A stretch of 64,000 nucleotides of DNA from Deltaproteobacteria bacterium (GCA_016930835.1 JAFGGA010000133.1:10343-74342); one strand, 5' to 3'; shown: positions 40,286 to 49,793, numbered from the stretch's first letter. Notes: a model not told the origin generated them from the letters alone. Numbers and translations are program-made.

Positions 40286-41338
40286 TTATTTTTTTGTCAG
40301 TGTGAGCATGCGATCAAGGGCTAATCGTGAATCTTCTTTGATTGCCTCCGGTAGGTGGATCATATTGAATTGTCCAATATTTTCGAGTGTTCGTAACAAG
40401 CTTTCAGGGTCTGTTTTAAACATGTTCGGACATAGAGAGTAATGAAGTTCGAAGATTTTTTTATCCGGGTATTCCAAGGCCAATCGATGTACCAGGTTGA
40501 CCTCCGTACCGATAACAATCGTGCTGTTGGCCGGGGCATTTTCAACATATTTTACAATAAAACTGGTTGACCCAGCTGCGTCGGCCAAAGCCACCACCTC
40601 CTCAGTGCATTCCGGGTGCACCACGATTGTTGCGTCAGGATATTTCCTCCTCACTTGTCGAATATGATCCACCTGAAACCGGGTATGAACCAGACAATAT
40701 CCGTCCCATAAAATCAACCGGGCCTTTTGAATGTCTTCAGGGGAATGGCCGCCCAGGCGTTCATTCGGGCTCCAGACGATCATCTCATCTGAAGGAATGC
40801 CCATTTGATTCCCCGTGTTGCGGCCCAGGTGTTGATCCGGGAAAAACAAGATCTTATTTTTTTGGGAATACCCCCATTCCAAGGCCGCCGTAGCATTGGA
40901 CGAGGTGCAGACGACGCCCCCATTCCTACCGCAAAAGGCCTTCAGGTTCGCATCCGAGTTCATGTAAACGATAGGCACCACGCCATCAGGCCCAATCACG
41001 GATGCTATCTCCTCCCATGCCTTTTCAACCATGAAGATGTCTGCCATGTCGGCCATCCAGCATCCCGCATCCATTACGGGAATCTGAACGGTCTGGTAAG
41101 GTTGAGAAAGAATCTCCGCACTCTCGGCCATAAAGTGAACCCCACAGAAGACGATATATTGGGCAGCCTTATCCGCCGCCGCTTTTTGGGATAAATCAAA
41201 AGAGTCCCCTTTATAATCTCCCAGGTCGACAATCTCTTTTCTCTGATAATGATGCGTCAGAATAATCAGCTTGTCTCCCAATGACTTCTTTATCTTGTTT
41301 ATCCGTGGTATAATTTCTTTTTCATTCATGTTATCCAT
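40286..41338 (-). CDS. nadA: Quinolinate synthase
   Basis: LIILTHHYQRKEIVDLGDYKGDS, FCGVHFMAE and VVHPEC motifs. Confidence 0.9.
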   Translation of the reverse strand: MDNMNEKEIIPRINKIKKSLGDKLIILTHHYQRKEIVDLGDYKGDSFDLSQKAAADKAAQYIVFCGVHFMAESAEILSQPYQTVQIPVMDAGCWMADMADIFMVEKAWEEIASVIGPDGVVPIVYMNSDANLKAFCGRNGGVVCTSSNATAALEWGYSQKNKILFFPDQHLGRNTGNQMGIPSDEMIVWSPNERLGGHSPEDIQKARLILWDGYCLVHTRFQVDHIRQVRRKYPDATIVVHPECTEEVVALADAAGSTSFIVKYVENAPANSTIVIGTEVNLVHRLALEYPDKKIFELHYSLCPNMFKTDPESLLRTLENIGQFNMIHLPEAIKEDSRLALDRMLTLTKK

Positions 41339-41339
41339 A

Positions 41340-42200
41340 TCATTTCCTTAAAATACGATTTTCACCACAAAAAATAATCAGCTCGGATTTCCTGGCCCGA
41401 CATGCCAGGGTCAAATTAAGGCTTTTTCCCAAACGGACGGCCAGGGTCGTGGGGCGTGAGATACTCAACAAGATGGAAAGACGAGCGCGAGCAGCCTTCT
41501 GCACCATCTCATAGCTGATCCGGGATGAAAGGACGCCGATATGGGCATCCGTCAATATATTTTGCATGAAGAGTTTTCCGATGGCCTTATCCAAGGCGTT
41601 ATGACGCCCTACATCTTCAGCAAAGGATATGGGTTGGAGCCACGCATCCAGCAACATCACACCATGGGATCCCCTGGTTTTCTTTCGCAGGATTTGTAAC
41701 TCAGATAACTTCTCGATGATTCCCAAGGCATCTTTCAGCTTGATGTGGATATCATCCGTAATAGGTGAAATGTCCTGACATATCTCTTCGACAAGGTCTT
41801 TGCCGCAATTGCCGCAACTGGTTTGACTGATTGAGACCTTTCTTGTCAAAAGAGCAGCTACTTGTTTACATCTCGTTGGGGTCAATCGGACATCCACGAC
41901 ATTGGGGTTCGTATCTTCACAATAACCAACAGAGGCTAAGTCATCCGACCTTTCTATGATTCCTTCAGAAAGACAAAATCCTGCAGCATGGCAGATCTCA
42001 TCACCGGGTGTGCGCATAAACATGGAATAGGGATTATTTTCAACTCGAATCAGGAGCGGTTCTTCCTCAATGAGTTCATGCTCAGAGAAAAAGCAATCGC
42101 CTTTATAACAGCGCAAGACCGGAAAAGGCCCATGATGAAATGAACCGGTGATGCCCCTTTTTTTTTGACGATCTGTTGACCCAGTGACATTCATATTCAT
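41340..42200 (-). CDS. fdhD: Formate dehydrogenase accessory sulfurtransferase FdhD
   Basis: SCGNCG cysteine pair, GSHGVMLLD, and SSRISYEMVQKA. Confidence 0.85.
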   Translation of the reverse strand: MNMNVTGSTDRQKKRGITGSFHHGPFPVLRCYKGDCFFSEHELIEEEPLLIRVENNPYSMFMRTPGDEICHAAGFCLSEGIIERSDDLASVGYCEDTNPNVVDVRLTPTRCKQVAALLTRKVSISQTSCGNCGKDLVEEICQDISPITDDIHIKLKDALGIIEKLSELQILRKKTRGSHGVMLLDAWLQPISFAEDVGRHNALDKAIGKLFMQNILTDAHIGVLSSRISYEMVQKAARARLSILLSISRPTTLAVRLGKSLNLTLACRARKSELIIFCGENRILRK

Positions 42201-42241
42201 GATTGAAGTAAGCGTCTGTCTCGGTTTGAACGCGGAACTCC

Positions 42242-42685
42242 TTATGCATCCTCCATTATCTTCACGGGATCACCGCATCGAATGGCACCGCCCTTGATTA
42301 CACGGGCAAAAATCCCTTCACGCGGCATAATACAATCACCTGCCGAATAGTAGATGGCGCATTTATTATGGCATTCTTTTCCGATCTGCGTAATTTCAAC
42401 CAAAACCGTATCTCCCAATTTTACCTTGGTCCCGATGGGTACGTGTTGCCAATTGATTCCGGTTGTGGCGATATTCTCCGCAAAGTCTCCAAATGTAACA
42501 TCAAGGCCTTTCTCTTTGGCTCTTTCAATGCTTTCCGCCGCAAGAAAACTGATCTGTCTATGCCATGATCCGGCGTGAGCATCGCCTTCCAAGCCGTGGT
42601 CCGGCCGAATTATGGCCTCTGTCACCCGGGTTTTTCGAGTCCCTTTTTTCTTGCTGATGGCTATAGATACGATCGCTTTATTCAT
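42242..42685 (-). CDS. MOSC domain-containing protein
   Basis: GDFAENIAT...VEITQIGKECHNKCAIY...CIMPREGIFARV pattern. Confidence 0.8.
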   Translation of the reverse strand: MNKAIVSIAISKKKGTRKTRVTEAIIRPDHGLEGDAHAGSWHRQISFLAAESIERAKEKGLDVTFGDFAENIATTGINWQHVPIGTKVKLGDTVLVEITQIGKECHNKCAIYYSAGDCIMPREGIFARVIKGGAIRCGDPVKIMEDA

Positions 42686-42742
42686 CTGGCTGTTGTTGTG
42701 GAAAGATCACTCTCCTTCGAATGGAGGATGTTATTACGCAAA

Positions 42743-43141
42743 TTATTTCATGATTTCAGATAGTTTGACAGCATGCAACGTATCTTGTATAGCCTTTGTT
42801 GCCTTTATCCAAACTTCACGTGTCTTGCATGTATCATGTCTCTCGCAGGTTTCAGGGTCATCAAGACAATGGGTTAGGGTGACTTCACTTTCCAATACTG
42901 AGACGATCTCACCAATGGTGATATCATGAGGAGACACGGCCAGGATATGCCCTCCTTTAGGCCCGCGCGCACTCTTGATCCAATTGGCCTTTTTAAGGGG
43001 AATAATGAGTTGCTCAAGGTATTTCACGGAGATGCCTTGACGTTGGGCGATATCCCCCAATTGAATAGGACCGCTATCCAGATGTTCCGCCAAATCCGCC
43101 ATTAACCGCGTTCCATAACGACTCCGTGTTGATAATTTCAT
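42743..43141 (-). CDS. Rrf2 family transcriptional regulator
   Basis: MKLSTRSRYGTRLMADLA N-terminus and a C-terminal cluster of three Cys (C-x6-C-x5-C). I trimmed the start to ATG 43141. Confidence 0.85.
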   Translation of the reverse strand: MKLSTRSRYGTRLMADLAEHLDSGPIQLGDIAQRQGISVKYLEQLIIPLKKANWIKSARGPKGGHILAVSPHDITIGEIVSVLESEVTLTHCLDDPETCERHDTCKTREVWIKATKAIQDTLHAVKLSEIMK

Positions 43142-43273
43142 AATGGGGAGACCCCTTTTCTTGGAGGGTTGAGAATCGTGTAACGAAGTATCCAAAAACC
43201 GATTGGCGATCAGTGACCCTTATCTTCTATCTGTAAGTCTGTAATAAAATTTTCATATCAAAAAACTATGATT

Positions 43274-43302
43274 ACTATAACCAGGGTGCCAGGTGATGTC
43301 AA
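43274..43302 (-). promoter_or_regulatory. Sigma-70-type promoter candidate for the Rrf2 operon (TTGACA-17 nt-TATAGT)
   Basis: The reverse complement of 43297-43302 is TTGACA and of 43274-43279 is TATAGT. Confidence 0.5.
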
Positions 43303-43352
43303 GAATCACAACCACTCCTGAAGGTTATGGCAATTCGAATGGATATTTTTGC

Positions 43353-44210
43353 TCAAGCCATTGAAATCCTTTTTGGATCGAATCCCTGGTTTCTTAACCA
43401 TTCCCGGACCGTTTTAATAAGAAGACGATAATATTTTAAGCTACCTCCCAGCCCGCGCCTTCCAAAATAATAGTTGATTTCAAGAAAAAGGGGTTTTGGG
43501 TGAAGATCTTCGAAAGAAAAGATAAAGTCGATCGCGGCCAAGTTAATCCCGGTGTCTATCGAAAATCGATGCGCCTGCTCTCGCCCCTTCTCCTGAAGCC
43601 CCTTTTCCCAATTCGGATCTATCTCAGCACCCAGGCCCACCGTGCTGATGACCGTGTTGTTGTTTTTGTTTCTTTTCCAATAGGTTATAATATTTTTGTC
43701 CATGACAACCGCCCGAAGCACATTCCCCTTGGATGGAATCCATTCCTGGGTAATGAAGCCTTCGGATCGGCATTGTTCAAGGATTCGCATTTTTTCTAAT
43801 GCTTCCTCTAATGACTCCTCGTTTTTTATAAAATAAACACCTCGTCCTTCATGATCGTTATTGGTCTTGATGATAAATGGCATCTCATGAGGAAAGGACC
43901 TTTTATGATTATAGACATTCTCGAAAGAGACCAAGGAATTCCATTGAAAGGTTTTTGGGTGCGGGAATCCCTTATTGAGAAATAAGCGGGCCTGCCCTGA
44001 TTTTCCAGGATATTCAAATCTTATATCATAATCTGGAAATACCAAGGCGGGAGAACTCCTGCAGATTTTATATAGATTATATGAACAGCTCTGAGGAAGA
44101 ATGATCACCTCAGCACGGTGAATCAATGTGTGTTCGGCCGCATTCAACTCGCGGGCTCCCAGGATAATCTGCCTATCGGCTACAATGCAAGGATGGAAGG
44201 AGAGAATCAT
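43353..44210 (-). CDS. ATP-grasp domain protein (RimK/LysX-like size and layout)
   Basis: Central PFIIKTNNDHEGRGVYFI and C-terminal AAIDFIF...FLEINYYFG fit an ATP-grasp fold. Confidence 0.65.
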   Translation of the reverse strand: MILSFHPCIVADRQIILGARELNAAEHTLIHRAEVIILPQSCSYNLYKICRSSPALVFPDYDIRFEYPGKSGQARLFLNKGFPHPKTFQWNSLVSFENVYNHKRSFPHEMPFIIKTNNDHEGRGVYFIKNEESLEEALEKMRILEQCRSEGFITQEWIPSKGNVLRAVVMDKNIITYWKRNKNNNTVISTVGLGAEIDPNWEKGLQEKGREQAHRFSIDTGINLAAIDFIFSFEDLHPKPLFLEINYYFGRRGLGGSLKYYRLLIKTVREWLRNQGFDPKRISMA

Positions 44211-44243
44211 GATTGCTCAGACTTTTTTAATCCACTGTTTTCG

Positions 44244-44272
44244 TTGACTTAATAACCATGCATCGCTATATT
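44244..44272 (+). promoter_or_regulatory. Sigma-70-type promoter candidate (TTGACT-17 nt-TATATT)
   Basis: Lies upstream of the 44325-47104 operon. Confidence 0.5.
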
Positions 44273-44324
44273 TGAATTCTATAGAAATTGCAACAAGTAG
44301 AAAAGGGGAATTTGGGGGTTTCAG

Positions 44325-44570
44325 ATGCCGATTTTTGAATTTAGATGTATGAAGTGCGGCCATGTTTTTGAAAGGCTTTTTTTATCTTCAGATGAAAAAA
44401 TAGACATGGCCTGCCCGAAATGTCAGTCCGATACCTTTGAACGGGTTGTGAGCAGAAGCAGCCACACCTTAGGGTATGGACCGGGGGAGAATAAACCTAA
44501 GATCACCACAAAGTCCTGTGGCCCTTCGAACCAATGTATGACTATTGATATCCCCGGGCCAGCGAAATGA
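44325..44570 (+). CDS. FmdB-family zinc-ribbon protein
   Basis: MPIFEFRCMKCGHVFE...CPKC. Confidence 0.75.
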   Translation: MPIFEFRCMKCGHVFERLFLSSDEKIDMACPKCQSDTFERVVSRSSHTLGYGPGENKPKITTKSCGPSNQCMTIDIPGPAK

Positions 44571-44632
44571 TATGACATCTTGGATTGAATGCATTAGCCA
44601 CCAACACCTTGCCCGTTATTTTTTCTGAATCA

Positions 44633-44890
44633 ATGAAAAATGACCTTAAAGAGCATATTTCCCTGATTGAATTGGATGATGAGGATAAGATCCATATCAT
44701 AGGTCTTTTTCATCAAGAAGTGGTACCCAAACTTAGGCTATTAAACGCCAGAATAGGGACTTTAAATTGTGAATTCGCGGGAGAAAAATATCAACACTGG
44801 AATATCAAATTTCGATCCCTGGGGTCGGGTTTTGATATTGATGAATTTGAGTATGATGAAGATGGGACAGGAATGGATCTCGATCTCTAA
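44633..44890 (+). CDS. Hypothetical small protein with an acidic C-terminal tail (start may be TTG 44585)
   Basis: The C-terminus is DIDEFEYDEDGTGMDLDL. The gene is tightly packed between its neighbours. Confidence 0.45.
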   Translation: MKNDLKEHISLIELDDEDKIHIIGLFHQEVVPKLRLLNARIGTLNCEFAGEKYQHWNIKFRSLGSGFDIDEFEYDEDGTGMDLDL

Positions 44891-44903
44891 GGATTGACAT
44901 ATT

Positions 44904-45995
44904 ATGGATGGACGATTCAAAGGAAGAGATGTTATCGACCGGCCGACGTGCCCTTTTTGCGGCAGAACCATTGAAAAACCAATGGAACTTTCCATACGTA
45001 TGCCTACTGAAATGCCGGTGGGTCAGTGTCCATGCGGGGCGGTATATGCCTGCGATGTAACCGGTCATAATCTCGGAACGGCTATGGTGGAAGCCCTGGT
45101 GGTTGCATGTAATGGGGATTGGGATCTTGCTTTCGATCTACTGCCGGATGATGATTACCTGACAAAACAACTCGATTACTATGACCTTGAAACCCATCTG
45201 ATCGTTCACGGAGGGGCTTACGAAGGTCGGCAGATCAATGGGGTTCTTTTTTTTATCAGGCCCCGAGAAGATATCCTTGAAGTAACCGAAGAGGGCACCC
45301 GCCGGCTTATGGAAAAGGCCAAACCAATAGCCACTCAAAAACCTTCCGCCCAAAAACAAAGGACCTTTTCAAAAAAAGAAATCGAGTCCCTAATTGCCGA
45401 TTATCAAATGGATGCTCTTTTAGATCTGGCCTCACAGGACAAGAGAATCATTCGAGATGTTCAGCGGCTTCTTTATTCCGTTGATCCCCTCATCAGCCAT
45501 CGGGCAGGGGAAATGATGGGACGGGTGTGCGCCGTCATCGCTCAAGACGATCCGGGTCTTGTGTCCAGGCGCCTTCAAGGACTACTTACCGCGATTACCG
45601 ATACCGCAGCATCCAGTTGGGGGTATATCAATGCTGTCGGAGAGATCATCGCCCATAATCCTGCTCAATTTGCCGGTTACATCCCTGAGCTGTTCAGGCT
45701 CATGGGCGATCGCGAACTATTGCCTGAGATCCTGGAGGCCCTCTGTAGAATAGCCGAAAAAGAACCCAAAACCATCCTTAAAAAAGGCTACCAGTTCGTT
45801 CCTTTTCTGCAGAGTGCGGATCCGGAAATACGGGGGTTCACGGTTATCCTGTTGGGTCATCTAAAGACCCCGGATGCAAAAGAATCCCTGGCCAGGCTTG
45901 GAGAAGATAATTCGGTCACTCGTATTTATCGGAATGGTGAGATCAAAGATCACACCATTGCACAGTTGGCGACTCAAGCCCTTGAAAAACAATGA
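44904..45995 (+). CDS. Zinc-ribbon plus HEAT-repeat protein
   Basis: N-terminal CPFCG...CPCG cysteine pairs. The C-terminus carries HEAT/PBS-lyase-like repeats (SADPEIRGFTVILLGHLKTPDAKESLARLGED). Confidence 0.65.
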   Translation: MDGRFKGRDVIDRPTCPFCGRTIEKPMELSIRMPTEMPVGQCPCGAVYACDVTGHNLGTAMVEALVVACNGDWDLAFDLLPDDDYLTKQLDYYDLETHLIVHGGAYEGRQINGVLFFIRPREDILEVTEEGTRRLMEKAKPIATQKPSAQKQRTFSKKEIESLIADYQMDALLDLASQDKRIIRDVQRLLYSVDPLISHRAGEMMGRVCAVIAQDDPGLVSRRLQGLLTAITDTAASSWGYINAVGEIIAHNPAQFAGYIPELFRLMGDRELLPEILEALCRIAEKEPKTILKKGYQFVPFLQSADPEIRGFTVILLGHLKTPDAKESLARLGEDNSVTRIYRNGEIKDHTIAQLATQALEKQ

Positions 45996-47104
45996 TTACT
46001 CGGTATGTCTTTTCCCATCCTGAAGGGGACATCCCCGTTACACCTGTGGAAGCGCAGCGACCCTTAAAAATGGACACTGAAAAGGATCACCCATTCTTGA
46101 CTTTGGGTGACTATTTTCAAGCTATCGAGACGGTTTTTCTCAGACATCAATATTTTTTCCAACAACAGGGTCGGACTCCCATTGAAAGCCTCATTATCCG
46201 GAGTGAAAAACACGGGGGGCTGTACCATGTCGTCTGTCTGGAAGTCAGCTTTCACCTTAACCGCTTGAAGTATGGCTTGTTGACCGCTGTCTCCAGGATG
46301 GCAAAGAGGTGGCTTGTTCAAGAGTATGAAACCATCACCCTTTTAAATAAATCCCTAAATCCTTCCTTTTTGCCTCAGACCTTTTTTATCGATCGTGTGG
46401 ATCATCGGAGAGGAAATCAAGCAGAAACCCTTAAAATGGCCCTTGTTGAATGGTTTGAAGATTATCATGAATGGCATGTATCCATGGATCCAGGATCTGG
46501 ACAAGGCTATGGACTCCGCTTGTGGGATCAAAAAAAAGGGAAACGTTTATTGGCAGACCACGAGACCTTTGAAATCTTCCGGCAGGCTTCAAGAATCCTT
46601 ATACTTTATTACAATGCCGAGAGCGGGAATGCCATATCCCACTGGCATCACGCCGCGGGTGATTTTATTATTCAGATTAAAGATGATCAGATCGATGTCA
46701 AACTGACGGCGGCCCGTCGGTATGAACCTTTTATAACCCCGGGAGAAGGAATCCATCCGTCCGTGGGTTTGCTCTATATCTTTTTGGATTTAACGATTCG
46801 TATGAGATTGGATAGATGGGATGGCGTCGGGGAAACGGTCTGGATGGATGATGTGGTCTTGAAAGGAACCATTCGGGGGTTTTTTGATGCCTTGATGGAA
46901 AAAGAAGCGGCGGGGACATTGCGTGTCATGAGTATAAGGGATTTTATCGAGTTGTTAAAGGTTTTTTCCAAGGATGAATTCCGCAAGATGTTCAATCCGT
47001 TAATGAATTTTTATCATACTGAAAATCTAAAAGAATATGTTGTGATTAAAGAAAATCTCGATAAACACATAGAAGTCTTGTATCAACAAATACAAATCAT
47101 TTAG
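45992..47104 (+). CDS. Hypothetical protein (370 aa), translationally coupled to the upstream gene (ATGA overlap)
   Basis: Long uninterrupted ORF with a 4-nt overlap. No family was recognised. The HWHHAAGDFII segment is vaguely kinase-like. Confidence 0.6.
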   Translation: MITRYVFSHPEGDIPVTPVEAQRPLKMDTEKDHPFLTLGDYFQAIETVFLRHQYFFQQQGRTPIESLIIRSEKHGGLYHVVCLEVSFHLNRLKYGLLTAVSRMAKRWLVQEYETITLLNKSLNPSFLPQTFFIDRVDHRRGNQAETLKMALVEWFEDYHEWHVSMDPGSGQGYGLRLWDQKKGKRLLADHETFEIFRQASRILILYYNAESGNAISHWHHAAGDFIIQIKDDQIDVKLTAARRYEPFITPGEGIHPSVGLLYIFLDLTIRMRLDRWDGVGETVWMDDVVLKGTIRGFFDALMEKEAAGTLRVMSIRDFIELLKVFSKDEFRKMFNPLMNFYHTENLKEYVVIKENLDKHIEVLYQQIQII

Positions 47105-47116
47105 TTTTGGGTTTGT

Positions 47117-48253
47117 TCAATCATCCCTTGAGGCCTTATCGATATCAATGATTTTGGCGTTTACATAATCTATGGTCTCATATTTATTGATATTCATGAT
47201 CTTTCTGGTTATCTGCCCAAGGTGACGCACGGCCTCATGGATTATTTTCAATTTTTCATAGATCGACGTCTTTTCATCCATGCCATCCATAAGCAGTTCG
47301 GAATACCCCGTAATGGTCGTCAGGGGTTGATTCAATTCATGGCATGCCGCGCCGGCCATCTCAAGGACACCTTCCAATTTCTGCCGCAAGGCCCTTTCCT
47401 CTTCTGCCTGTTTTAAATCGGTAATATCCATAAAAGACGCCACCCCATCTTTGGTCTCGGGTATGATGGAAACGGTTGCCAGGATGTTTCTGACATTTCC
47501 TTTTCTGTCGATAAAACGAAACTCATGTTTCCCTGGTACGAGATTGGGATCGATATGCCGTGATCGATGATATTCTTTAAGGGATTCCATGTCTTCCTTG
47601 GCAACGAATTCGGTCCAGCGTTTTTTCCCTTCTACTTCTCCTCTTAAAAATCCGGATAGGGACTCAAACTCCGAATTGGCCATTAAGATGGTCATGTCTT
47701 CATCACTAATAATCGTAGCTGTGCCGGTACTCTCAAATATGATACGGTATCGCTTTTCGCTCCGAACAAGGGCTTCCTCAGCGTGTTTGCGTTTGGTGAT
47801 ATCCCTGACAAGTCCGTCGTAGGATACAAGGTTACCTTGTGGGTCCCGATGTAAGAGTGTCGTGTTGGAGACCCAACGAACAACGCCGTCTTTACGGATG
47901 ATCCTGTGCTCAATGGGTGGCAGGTCTTGGCCCGAAAGGATTTGCCGCGTATACTCCTGGATCTTTAAACGATCCTCTTCGTGTACCATCATCAACCATA
48001 GATAGGGGTCTGAAACAAAGTCCTCAGGGGAATATCCCGTGACGGAAATGCAGGACGGGGCGTGAATGGTTTCTACTGGTTGTCCGTATTTGAGTCGAAC
48101 AGTGAATACATAGTCCGTGACCGCTTCGATCAATCGGCGATAGCGTTCCTCCATGGCATGCAACGCCTTCTCCGCGGATCCGGCGCCCAAAGGCTTTTTT
48201 CGCAACTCAGTGATCTTTTCCCCCAGGTCCTCATAGTCGGGTTTCTGAGCCAT
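47117..48253 (-). CDS. Tandem-PAS sensor with a HisKA/DHp H-box but no ATPase domain
   Basis: Two PAS-like blocks are followed by CHELNQPLTTITGYSELL. The protein ends ~75 aa after the His. Confidence 0.75.
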   Translation of the reverse strand: MAQKPDYEDLGEKITELRKKPLGAGSAEKALHAMEERYRRLIEAVTDYVFTVRLKYGQPVETIHAPSCISVTGYSPEDFVSDPYLWLMMVHEEDRLKIQEYTRQILSGQDLPPIEHRIIRKDGVVRWVSNTTLLHRDPQGNLVSYDGLVRDITKRKHAEEALVRSEKRYRIIFESTGTATIISDEDMTILMANSEFESLSGFLRGEVEGKKRWTEFVAKEDMESLKEYHRSRHIDPNLVPGKHEFRFIDRKGNVRNILATVSIIPETKDGVASFMDITDLKQAEEERALRQKLEGVLEMAGAACHELNQPLTTITGYSELLMDGMDEKTSIYEKLKIIHEAVRHLGQITRKIMNINKYETIDYVNAKIIDIDKASRDD

Positions 48254-48534
48254 CGGTTTTCCCTATTGCCTTGGTTGTGGACTATTCATTCAAATGTTCG
48301 AGGTCTAAAAGGGTTTTTTAAAGAGGATGCATTATGGGTGTCATGGCCAATCAATTCAAAAAGGGATATGATCCGGAATGGGCATTCGTGGATGTTTAGA
48401 ATGGGATCTCAAAAGCATCTCTTTGGCTGGGGTTGAGTCTCGTGTTGGTTTTTTGACCGGTGATTGAAAAACAACCGGTAATTCAACCCGTTCATGTATT
48501 ATATTATACCATAGTGCATCATTGCTTGCTATCA

Positions 48535-49170
48535 TTATTTCTTCAGGTCTTCATGAAGGAGTTTATCAAGCGGTGTTTGAATGGTTTTGGAAACGGAAAT
48601 CAGCAGGGATGCCCTATCTGGGTCATCACTTCCGGCCTCAGTAAGAAGTTCTCGGGAAAGCAGGTACAGGTCACGGTAGATATTGTCCAGATCGAAGACA
48701 GGGTAGGTTCCCTTGTCTTCAAAGCCCGTTTTCCCGCAGACCCGCGCCTTTCCTTGGATCTTTGTGGGGATACCGTAAACACGACATGTGATAGGACGAC
48801 GATGATAAAGAACACATTCATTTTGTTCATCCAGAAGGGGACATGGGATTCTTTCCCTGGCCAGTGTGTAGGCCTGCATATGCGGGTCGTGCTCAAAGGT
48901 CTTAAGCTTGGCCTGTAATTTCTCAAATGCCTCATCCGCTCTGTCGCATCTTAGAAGGGCCTGGCGTTTTTGCGCCTCATCAATGGTCTCAAAATGCTCC
49001 CTAATGTAGGCCGCCTCAACCAAAAACAAACCAAATACGGCATGACAACAATCCGAGCAATGGAGTTCGCATCGAACATATTCGCCGTACCCCGCTCTAA
49101 CCTTATGGAACGCCGATTCGGCCTTATCGACCAGGATTTCATAATTTTTAAAAATAGGGGAGAGTTTCAT
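48535..49170 (-). CDS. YkgJ-family cysteine-cluster protein
   Basis: CELHCSDCCH and CPLLDEQNECVLYHRRPITCRVYG. Confidence 0.75.
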   Translation of the reverse strand: MKLSPIFKNYEILVDKAESAFHKVRAGYGEYVRCELHCSDCCHAVFGLFLVEAAYIREHFETIDEAQKRQALLRCDRADEAFEKLQAKLKTFEHDPHMQAYTLARERIPCPLLDEQNECVLYHRRPITCRVYGIPTKIQGKARVCGKTGFEDKGTYPVFDLDNIYRDLYLLSRELLTEAGSDDPDRASLLISVSKTIQTPLDKLLHEDLKK

Positions 49171-49793
49171 TTTTTTCGATAAGGTTTCAAAATTTTTACA
49201 AAATCGGGGTGGACCTGGAATCCCAACTCTTCCGCTTTGTCCATGTGTTGGATCGCTTTGTCGTACTCACCATTATGATAGTAGGCCACCGCCAGGTTAT
49301 TATGGCCCAAGGAGAAATCCGGGGCCTTATCCATTAATCTTTCCCCCGTCTCAATGGCCTTGATCAGTTTGTTCTCTTGAATGTATGCGTTGATGAGATT
49401 GGCCCAGGCCTGTACGATGTCCGGATTCAGTTCGATGGCTTTATTAAGGGCCTCAATGGCCTTGTCACTTCGGACCATCTGCAGATAGGCAAATCCCAGA
49501 TTGGCATACCCCCGGGCATAACGTGGCTCGATTTCAACGGCCTTTTGATTGGCTTCGACAACCTTTTCCAGTTCACCTTTTTTAAAATAGATGTAGCCCA
49601 GATTCACACATGCTTCAAACATCCGTCCGCTGTTGGCGATGGCTTCTTCAAAGAACGGAATGGCCTCATCCAGTCTGTCCTGTTCCAGCATGGCTACCCC
49701 CATGTTGTACTGGGAATTGGCACAATCCGGGTTTTCCGCCAAGATCTGTTTTTGTTGGGTTATGAATTCTTCTGAACATTGAGGGTCTTTCAT
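49167..49793 (-). CDS. Tetratricopeptide repeat protein
   Basis: Repeated A..N.G..Y...g....A...f..A.e..P units. Its stop overlaps the ykgJ-like start (ATGA). I trimmed the start to ATG 49793. Confidence 0.8.
   Translation of the reverse strand: MKDPQCSEEFITQQKQILAENPDCANSQYNMGVAMLEQDRLDEAIPFFEEAIANSGRMFEACVNLGYIYFKKGELEKVVEANQKAVEIEPRYARGYANLGFAYLQMVRSDKAIEALNKAIELNPDIVQAWANLINAYIQENKLIKAIETGERLMDKAPDFSLGHNNLAVAYYHNGEYDKAIQHMDKAEELGFQVHPDFVKILKPYRKK

Noticed and set aside
48460-48935. Plus-strand 152-aa ORF and a second minus-frame 111-aa ORF over the ykgJ-like gene
   Set aside because: These are alternative frames of a gene whose main frame carries the diagnostic cysteine-cluster motifs.
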